Below are positions 25,258 through 32,000 of a DNA stretch of 32,000 nucleotides, piece after piece (the first letter of the stretch is position 1; every line of letters begins with the position of its first letter). The notes beneath the pieces were generated by a model, which searched no databases, was not told the DNA's origin, and saw nothing but the letters and a program-made list of their open reading frames with translations. The translations under genes were made by a program, and so were the position numbers. This DNA comes from Candidatus Electronema halotolerans (GTDB lineage Bacteria > Desulfobacterota > Desulfobulbia > Desulfobulbales > Desulfobulbaceae), in contig OW818675.1 in assembly GCA_942493095.1 (NCBI GenBank), positions 2,850,001 through 2,882,000 on the forward strand, given 5' to 3'.

Positions 25258-27056
25258 ATCAGCACCTCCTTTTCCAACTCCGCCGCTTCTTCTTCCAGCT
25301 TAAGAATATCCGCCCGGATTTCATCTAACGAGCGCAGCGGCTTGAACTCGTAGAAATACTTGGTGAAATTAATTTCATAGCCGGTCTTGGTCTTGCTTTC
25401 ATCAATCCACGCATCCGGCAGATGGGGCAGCACTTCGCGGGCAAAATATTCCTCAATCGTCTGCGGCACCAGCTTGCCGCGCTCATCCTTGCGCAGAAAA
25501 GGAATGTTCTCATAATCCCGGAGCTTGGGATCAGGTTTGAGCCTGCCCTGCCGGTCTTTTGCCGCCTTGCCCTTGGCATTCTGCAAAGGCTGCTCAACCG
25601 TGACCCGCCAATAGCCAAAAAAGGCGTTGGGATAGATTTTGCAGAACTCGTTCTCCTGAAAGTCGCCGTACAGATTGGCAATAAAACCAATGCCTTTTTC
25701 CGTGCCGTTCTCGACAATGGCCTTGCGCTTGTTGCCCAAGCTGCGGGGCATCTTCTGCCAGAAGCGGTTGAAAGGCAGACTGCCCTCTTTGACGGCTTCC
25801 TCATCCTTGGCCCCGGTCGCATTGACAAGCTGCACTTTGCCCTTGCGTTCCCCGCTCTTGTGATTGGACAAAATCCAAATATAGGTTGCAATGCCGGTGT
25901 TGTAGAAAAGCTGATCCGGCAGGGCTATGACCGCTTCCAGCCAGTCGTTTTCAATAATCCATTTGCGAATGTCGCTTTCTCCGCTGCCAGCCTGTCCAGT
26001 GAAGAGCGGCGAGCCGTTGAAGACAATCCCGATACGGCTGCCGTCGGGCTTCATTTTGGCCAGCATGTGTTGCAGAAAGAGGAACGCGCCGTCATTGATC
26101 CGGGGCAGGCCCGCGCCAAAGCGTCCGGCGTGGCCTTTGTTCTCATGCTCCGCCTTGATGACCTTCTGGGCTTTTTTCCAATCTACACCAAACGGCGGAT
26201 TGGACAGCATATAGTCGAACCGCTCGCCGTCCAGCCCGTCTGCGGTGAAGGTGTTGCCGAACTTGATCCGGGCCGGGTCTTGGCCCTTGATGAGCATGTC
26301 TGACTTGCAGACCGCATAGGATTCCGGGTTGATCTCCTGCCCGAAGACCTCCAGCTTGGCCTTGGGGTTGAGGTCGCGCAGATAGCTTTCCGCCACAGAC
26401 AACATGCCGCCCGTGCCGCAGGCCGGGTCATAGAGCGTTTTCACCGCGCCCTCTGTGGTCAGTGAATTTCTGTCCGTGATGAAGAGCAAATCCACCATCA
26501 GCCGGATGACTTCGCGGGGCGTGAAGTGCTCTCCTGCGGTCTCATTGGACAGCTCGGCAAACTTGCGGATCAGCTCTTCAAAGACATAGCCCATTTCCAT
26601 GCTGTCCATGCCGGAAAGGTCAATTTCAGCAAAGGTTTTGACTGTCTGAAAGAGCAAATCCGCCTTGGGGTCGTCCATCCGGTCAATTTGGGCCTCGAAG
26701 CTGAAATATTCCAGTATCTCCCGCGCTTCCGCAGAAAAGCCGTTGATATAGCTGCGCAAGTTGGCGGCGATATGATCCGGCTCGGCAACCAGCTTGGCAA
26801 AGTCAAAGGGGCTGCGATTGTGAAACCTGAACCCGGCAGCTTTGTTCAGCACCGCATCCTTGGCTTTGTCAGACATGCTCTCGACCTTGGGCAACTGGTT
26901 CAGCACGGCCTGCTTGGTCGGGGCAAGCACAGAGTCTAACCGCCGCAAAACCGTCATAGGCAGAATGACCTTGCCATAATCTGCCTGCTTGTAGTCGCCG
27001 CGCAGCAGGTCGGCTGCCTGCCAGATGAGATTTGCCTTTTCTTGGAAATTGTTCAT
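25254..27056 (-). CDS. hsdM: Type I DNA methyltransferase (M subunit)
   Basis: YFTPREVIRLMVDLL...LYDPACGTGGMLSVAE..., and NPPFG (N6-adenine MTase NPPF motif). Confidence 0.95.
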   Translation of the reverse strand: MNNFQEKANLIWQAADLLRGDYKQADYGKVILPMTVLRRLDSVLAPTKQAVLNQLPKVESMSDKAKDAVLNKAAGFRFHNRSPFDFAKLVAEPDHIAANLRSYINGFSAEAREILEYFSFEAQIDRMDDPKADLLFQTVKTFAEIDLSGMDSMEMGYVFEELIRKFAELSNETAGEHFTPREVIRLMVDLLFITDRNSLTTEGAVKTLYDPACGTGGMLSVAESYLRDLNPKAKLEVFGQEINPESYAVCKSDMLIKGQDPARIKFGNTFTADGLDGERFDYMLSNPPFGVDWKKAQKVIKAEHENKGHAGRFGAGLPRINDGAFLFLQHMLAKMKPDGSRIGIVFNGSPLFTGQAGSGESDIRKWIIENDWLEAVIALPDQLFYNTGIATYIWILSNHKSGERKGKVQLVNATGAKDEEAVKEGSLPFNRFWQKMPRSLGNKRKAIVENGTEKGIGFIANLYGDFQENEFCKIYPNAFFGYWRVTVEQPLQNAKGKAAKDRQGRLKPDPKLRDYENIPFLRKDERGKLVPQTIEEYFAREVLPHLPDAWIDESKTKTGYEINFTKYFYEFKPLRSLDEIRADILKLEEEAAELEKEVLI

Positions 27057-27257
27057 GCTGATCTTGAGCCGTTGTCGGGGAAGGGTTGATCATTCGGACA
27101 GAAGGGGTTTTAAACACTGCCGCACTGTTTGGCAAGGATTATTTGCAGGCCCGGTCTGCCGCTTGCAACCCGCAGGTTTGTCTGCTCCTTCCGGGTTTAT
27201 GGCCGACAGTCCGGGCATTTCATACGGGGGCTTGCGCTCTCCGTCCTACCCCTGCGC

Positions 27258-27512
27258 CTGATCGTTGATTTGTTCTGCGGCAGCAAAAACACTGCTAAAG
27301 TTGCTAAACTTGCTAACGTTGCTGATATTATTCAACATCCGTTTGCTAACTTTTTGCTAACTTTTTGCGAACACTGCTCACGCCCGCCGCTGATCGTTGA
27401 TTTGTTCTGCGGAAGCAAAAACACTGCTAAAGTTGCTAAACTTGCTAACGTTGCTGATATTATTCAACATCCGTTTGCTAACCTTTTGCTAACTTTTGCT
27501 AACTTTTTGCGG
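27258..27512. repeat. 132-bp tandem duplication containing iteron-like TTGCTAAC/GTTAGCAA repeats
   Basis: CTGATCGTTGATTTGTTCTGCGG(C/A)AGCAAAAACACTGCTAAAGTTGCTAAACTTGCTAACGTTGCTGATATTATTCAACATCCGTTTGCTAAC... starts at 27258 and again at 27390. Confidence 0.9.
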
Positions 27513-27627
27513 AACAGCATCGTTTCAGGAAAATGATGCAAAAATTACTTGGTTGCCCCAGCCCGGCGGGGGATGTTACAGTAAAGGAAGACGCGGGGAG
27601 ATAACTGACAGGATGGAGGAAGAAATC

Positions 27628-27780
27628 ATGGCAACCAAAATCAAAGAAACTCCTGTGCTGAAAGGAGAGGCGGCCCGCCGTTTCCTGAAAACTATCCGGG
27701 AAAATGAACAGAAAAAGGTGCCGAAAGAAGACTATGAGCGGGCAAAAGAGGCGTACCGGAATTTTAAGGTTGTCTGCTGA
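27628..27780 (+). CDS. Small conserved-looking hypothetical protein (50 aa)
   Basis: MATKIKETPVLKGEAARRFLKTIRENEQKKVPKEDYERAKEAYRNFKVVC, preceded by GGAGGAAGAA (Shine-Dalgarno-like). Confidence 0.6.
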   Translation: MATKIKETPVLKGEAARRFLKTIRENEQKKVPKEDYERAKEAYRNFKVVC

Positions 27781-27813
27781 GGAATCATATCTACAATTAT
27801 TCCGTTAAACTCC

Positions 27814-28557
27814 ATGTCTATTTGTTTAGTTATAGCAGGTTGGGTTGTTTGTTATTTTATAATTACATTAACTGCAACATATATTGCTGACCCGCTAATT
27901 TCCTATATTGAAGATGGTTCTCTGGCAAGATGGATAAGAAATGTTTGGATATATATTAAGAAACCGGTTTGTAAATATCGTTGTTATTTGATTTGTTCGA
28001 CAGGAATTCCTGCTCTTTCCTTTTTTATTTATGGATATAGCAGTAAGAGTCTTTTGTTTTCTGGTGGAATATTTCAAGCGATAGGAACTTTCGTGGCCGC
28101 TCACAGTATATATACTACCGCAAAAGAAAAATTTAACAAAAATCCTATAAGAGAATTGATGCAATCCTTTCCAAGGATAAAACCAAAGGTTCGTCCATGC
28201 CCAACCTGTACGGGAATACAGGAAACACGCGGGGTAGCTTCTCTTCGTCTTGATATCATTGAAGACAATAAGAATTCATCTATAGATGATAGATTGTCAA
28301 TTATTTATGCAAATCAAGAAAAAATAAAAGAAACAGTTAATTATTTATGCAAGAGAGAAGAGGAATATATGTTTTTAGAAGAAAAAATAGATGAAGAAAC
28401 AGAAAATAAAATTCGTGAAGTTGCAAGAAACATTAAGCTTTTCCTTGAGGATATACATCTTTCTGATTTCACCCCAACTATCATTGGTCTGTTTTGGATT
28501 GCATTTGGCGTAATTCTTGCCACTATCGGGTCATTGTTGCCCGCCGCCGCGCCTTAA
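27814..28557 (+). CDS. Hypothetical membrane protein
   Basis: 247 aa with about 3 N-terminal hydrophobic segments and 1 C-terminal segment; cytosolic-looking middle region with PCPTC. Noticeably AT-rich. Confidence 0.6.
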   Translation: MSICLVIAGWVVCYFIITLTATYIADPLISYIEDGSLARWIRNVWIYIKKPVCKYRCYLICSTGIPALSFFIYGYSSKSLLFSGGIFQAIGTFVAAHSIYTTAKEKFNKNPIRELMQSFPRIKPKVRPCPTCTGIQETRGVASLRLDIIEDNKNSSIDDRLSIIYANQEKIKETVNYLCKREEEYMFLEEKIDEETENKIREVARNIKLFLEDIHLSDFTPTIIGLFWIAFGVILATIGSLLPAAAP

Positions 28558-28913
28558 TCTCCTGCCATTTCCGCCAGTCATCCGGGTTGAAAATCTCGTT
28601 GACGTGATGCTCCAGCTCTTCATCCGATGCACCCAATTCAAGCGCGGTCTCAAAAGGTGACTGCCCATCCTGCCACCAACGATATTTTGGCTCACAATCG
28701 CAGGGAATCCGCAGCCTGCCCTGATCGTCAAGATAAGGGGCTTTAGGCCGGGCGGCGTGCAGCTCCAGGTCACAAACTGCGGAAAGGAGACAAGCACCGC
28801 TCCGGCGGCCTCCAAGGGATTTGTCCTTGCCTTTCGCAGGGCAATGACGGTACTATGTTGTTTTCTCATCATTGCCGCAAAAGAGATTGTCCAACCTCAA
28901 GGAGAATGCAACA

Positions 28914-30086
28914 ATGAAGCCCAGATTCATTCTGCCCGCCGCTGCAGCCCTGCTGCTCATGAACCTGCCTGCCGCCCAGGCGCACGAGGTGCCAGAGGGA
29001 GCCGCGCCGTTCCAGCAGGCAGAACAGTGCGCTGGCTGCCATTCGCAGATTTACAAGGAATGGCAGGAGTCCTTTCATGCCAAGTCCTCAGTGCATAAGG
29101 ACTCGGCCCATAAGGCCGTGCATCAGGCTTTCAGCAAGTTCCTGACTGACAAGGGCAAAACATCCAACTACCACTGCGCGACCTGTCACGCGCCCATGTC
29201 CGACAATCTGAAGGAGCTGATGAGCGGCGCGGCCCAGCCGGACAGCAGCAATGCGACCCAGCTTGAAGGCGTGGGCTGCACCTTCTGCCACCGGATTGAG
29301 GCAGTCAACAAAGGCCAGAGCTTTGATCAGTACAAGCTCAACAAGGACGGCGCATACCATACCAGCCGCCCGGCCAATCCCAAGGCGCCGCACAAGACCG
29401 GCCCGTCCTCGCTCTTTGCTGTCGGCCAAGTCTGCATGGGCTGCCACAGCCAGTATATCAATCCGCACGAGGTGCCGATCTGCGTGATGACCGAGGAGGG
29501 CATTGGCAACTGCATCACCTGCCACATGCCGCAGGCTGAGGGCGGCCCGGCTGCCGGTTCAGAGGCCAAGACCCACCGCTCGCACAGCTTTCCGGGCGGC
29601 CATGATCTGGCCATGCTACAGCAGGCCGCTGATCTGGAGGTCAAGGCTGAGGGCAAGGACGGGGAATGGCAGATTGTTGTGACCGTGCGGAACAAAACTG
29701 AGCACACCTTCCCATCGACTAATCCGATGCGCATGGCCTTTGTCAAAGTGCGGGCCAAGGATGCAAAGGGGAATGTGGTCTGGGAAAATTTCAAGAGCGA
29801 ACCGCTCAAGGAGGACAAGCAGGCCGTGTTCTTCAAGGCCTTCAAGGCGGGTGATAAAATCGGCGTGCCGTCATGGGAGGCCAAGACAATGGCCTTTGAC
29901 ACCCGGATCAAACAGGGCGGAAGCCGCACCCTGACCTATCCGCTCTACGGCAACCAGGTCAAAGAGGTGGAGGCGGAGCTGATCTATTTGCTCTTCCCGC
30001 CCAAGGCCTTGGATGCTTTCGGCATTCCCAAGGACGGGGTGAACGACAAACGCTATTCTGTGGCTAAGAAGTCGGTCCAGCTATAA
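28914..30086 (+). CDS. Pentaheme c-type cytochrome (cytochrome c554-like fold), exported
   Basis: GGAG-preceded ATG at 28914; signal peptide MKPRFILPAAAALLLMNLPAAQAHE; five CxxCH motifs (CAGCH, CATCH, CTFCH, CMGCH, CITCH). Confidence 0.88.
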   Translation: MKPRFILPAAAALLLMNLPAAQAHEVPEGAAPFQQAEQCAGCHSQIYKEWQESFHAKSSVHKDSAHKAVHQAFSKFLTDKGKTSNYHCATCHAPMSDNLKELMSGAAQPDSSNATQLEGVGCTFCHRIEAVNKGQSFDQYKLNKDGAYHTSRPANPKAPHKTGPSSLFAVGQVCMGCHSQYINPHEVPICVMTEEGIGNCITCHMPQAEGGPAAGSEAKTHRSHSFPGGHDLAMLQQAADLEVKAEGKDGEWQIVVTVRNKTEHTFPSTNPMRMAFVKVRAKDAKGNVVWENFKSEPLKEDKQAVFFKAFKAGDKIGVPSWEAKTMAFDTRIKQGGSRTLTYPLYGNQVKEVEAELIYLLFPPKALDAFGIPKDGVNDKRYSVAKKSVQL

Positions 30087-30136
30087 GGAGGAAACCGGCT
30101 TGCTGCTGAACAATGCGGCCAGCCGGTCAGCCTGGT

Positions 30137-30958
30137 TCAAAAGACACTGCGCTTGCGGCGGTGATTGCGGGAATAGGCCACCCAATAGACAGCCCCGACC
30201 TGCACTGCGCCGCCGACAATGTTGCCTGCGGTGGCCATGATGATGTTGGTGATCGAGCCAAACAGGGAAACCACGCCGCTGTCATCCAAAATCAGGCCAA
30301 AGGGCAGGAAGAACCAGTTGGCAATGGAATGCTCAAAGCCGATGGCGACAAAGGCGGCCACAGGCAGAAGGATGGCCATGATCTTGTCCACCACGCTGCG
30401 GCCTCCCATTGCCAGCCAGATGGCTAAACAGACCAGCGCGTTGCAGAGCATGCCCCGGAGAAAGGCTTCGCAGAGGGTCAGGTCAGCCTTGCCTGCGGCG
30501 ATGTTCACGGCAGTCTTGGCCACTTCGCCGTTGCCCAGCTCGGCGACTCCGGCCAGCACCACAAGCTGCACCGTGATCAGCGCGCCGATCACATTGCCGA
30601 TATAGGAATACAGCCAGTTGCGCAGCAGGCTGACAGCACTGATCTGGCCGCTGGCCCAAGCCATAGTCAGCAGGTTGTTGCCGGTGAACAGCTCGGCCCC
30701 GCCGACCACCACCAGAATCAGGCCCATGCTGAAGCTCAGGCCGCCGAGCAGGCGGGTCACGCCAAAGCCGAGTTGGGAGCCGGTCATCACCACGGTGCAG
30801 AAGAGCGCGCCAAGGGCGATGAAGGCCCCGGCCAGCATGGCTAAAACCAGCAGGGAGAGGGTGTCAACATGCGCCTTCCTGACTCCCATGCTCTCAACCT
30901 TGCGGGCAATGTCATCTGGGGAATAGGCATCGCTGAGGCCTTCGTGCGCGGTTTCCAT
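30137..30958 (-). CDS. Formate/nitrite transporter (FNT) family channel
   Basis: 273 aa; GGLSFSMGLILVVVGGAELFTGNNLL, NWLYSYIGNVIGAL, GFEHSIANWFFLPFG, GNIVGGAVQVG. Confidence 0.93.
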   Translation of the reverse strand: METAHEGLSDAYSPDDIARKVESMGVRKAHVDTLSLLVLAMLAGAFIALGALFCTVVMTGSQLGFGVTRLLGGLSFSMGLILVVVGGAELFTGNNLLTMAWASGQISAVSLLRNWLYSYIGNVIGALITVQLVVLAGVAELGNGEVAKTAVNIAAGKADLTLCEAFLRGMLCNALVCLAIWLAMGGRSVVDKIMAILLPVAAFVAIGFEHSIANWFFLPFGLILDDSGVVSLFGSITNIIMATAGNIVGGAVQVGAVYWVAYSRNHRRKRSVF

Positions 30959-31198
30959 GAAACATCCTCCTCCTTGTTTGAGTCATCTTCAGCCGCCGGA
31001 CAGCGGCCCCTTGTCTTCACTCAAAATGATGCCGCATTTCATTTTTAATGATACTGCAACGGCCTGAAAAGGGAAAGCGCCCGCCCAAATAAAAAAATTG
31101 ACACCATCAGGCGGTGCTGCTCGGTTGAGAAAACCGGAAGCTGCTTCTCAACCCGGCGGCATCAGACAGGAATCCCTGCAACAACACGAGGAGCGCGC

Positions 31199-31996
31199 AT
31201 GAACGAGAAAGAATTGTTTGACGTGGTGGAGACGGAACAGGTTCCCGGAGCAAAGTTCGAGGTTGTCCAGTACAAAAGTCTGAAAGGCTCAGACAATCTT
31301 TATGTGGCGGAAAAGATGTTCCTTGCCAGGCAGGCGGATATTCACCTCAAGATGATCCGGGTCACGCTGGAGCGGAGTGAAGTCCTGATCGAGCCGGGCG
31401 CGCTCTATTTCATGAAAGGCGACCTGCACTTGGAATCAAATATGCAGCAGGGATTGAGCACGGGCCTGATGCGCAAATTCACCTCTGGCGAAACCCTGTT
31501 TCAGTCCCGCATCCGGGGAACCGGCGAGGTCTATTTGGAACCGAGCTTTGGCCATTACTCGCTCTTTAATATTGAGGAAGACGCGCTGATTGTTGACAAG
31601 GGCGCGTTTTACTGCGCTTCCGGCGGGCTGGAAGTCAGCGCCAAGATGCAAAGCAATATTTCCAGTGCCTTGTTTGGCGGGGAAGGGCTTTTTCAAACCC
31701 AGATCAAAGGCAGCGGCGTGGTGGTGCTGGTCTCACCCGTGCCGACAGATGAGCTGCTCATCTATCAGCTCGCGCCAAAAGAAAAACTTTCGGTTGATGG
31801 CAGCTTTACCTTTGCCAGAACCGCCAGCGTTGCCTTTCATGCAGAAAAATCAGGCAAAAGCCTGCTTCAGTCCGTCACCAGCGGCGAAGGACTGCTGCAA
31901 ACCTTCACCGGGCCGGGCGTGGTCTGGATCGCCCCGACCGAAGAAGTGTATAAACGTCTGGGCGCGTTCAGCTATACGATGCAGGCAGGCAGATGA
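31199..31996 (+). CDS. AIM24/TIGR00266-like protein
   Basis: Glycine-rich beta repeats (LMRKFTSGETLFQSRIRGTGEVYLEPSFGHY..., FGGEGLFQTQIKGSGVVVLVSP..., VTSGEGLLQTFTGPGVVWIAP) typical of the AIM24 family. Confidence 0.82.
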   Translation: MNEKELFDVVETEQVPGAKFEVVQYKSLKGSDNLYVAEKMFLARQADIHLKMIRVTLERSEVLIEPGALYFMKGDLHLESNMQQGLSTGLMRKFTSGETLFQSRIRGTGEVYLEPSFGHYSLFNIEEDALIVDKGAFYCASGGLEVSAKMQSNISSALFGGEGLFQTQIKGSGVVVLVSPVPTDELLIYQLAPKEKLSVDGSFTFARTASVAFHAEKSGKSLLQSVTSGEGLLQTFTGPGVVWIAPTEEVYKRLGAFSYTMQAGR

Positions 31997-32000
31997 GCAG

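Noticed and set aside
27258-27512. Possible CRISPR-like array
   Set aside because: This is a tandem duplication of a long unit with internal short iterons; there are no unique spacers of uniform length.

Overview
The window looks like a chromosomal segment from a deltaproteobacterial-type genome, possibly Desulfobulbaceae-like; that placement is my inference from gene content only. Housekeeping genes cover roughly 1-16.5 kb: ilvB (3' end)-ilvN, psd, an MscS channel, folE2-folK-folB-folM, Rieske/cytochrome b, coaD-rsmD-pssA, an ADP-ribosylglycohydrolase overlapping a glycosyltransferase/TPR/methyltransferase fusion, rpoD, malQ and tRNA-Glu(CUC). An accessory island follows the tRNA (about 16.6-28.9 kb). 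It holds a UPF0175 protein, an Abi_2/AbiF-type HEPN gene, an IS4-family element nested in an IS66-family element, a type I restriction-modification system with a half-size HsdS, a 132-bp tandem duplication with iteron-like repeats, and a small ORF next to an AT-rich membrane protein gene. Conserved genes resume with a pentaheme cytochrome, an FNT channel and an AIM24-like protein. The strongest observation is that the Abi_2 gene is split by the nested insertions. Removing 18008-20888, which leaves one copy of the 8-bp CATTCCCC duplication, restores a 333-aa reading frame in phase (MPSPPVVKPHLEYSELVARLKERGMFIPDEARAIRKL...). The HEPN motif is RNKCAHH, UPF0175 lies immediately downstream, and a near-consensus promoter plus a structured leader lie upstream. 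Together these suggest a transposon-inactivated HEPN toxin-antitoxin or abortive-infection module.
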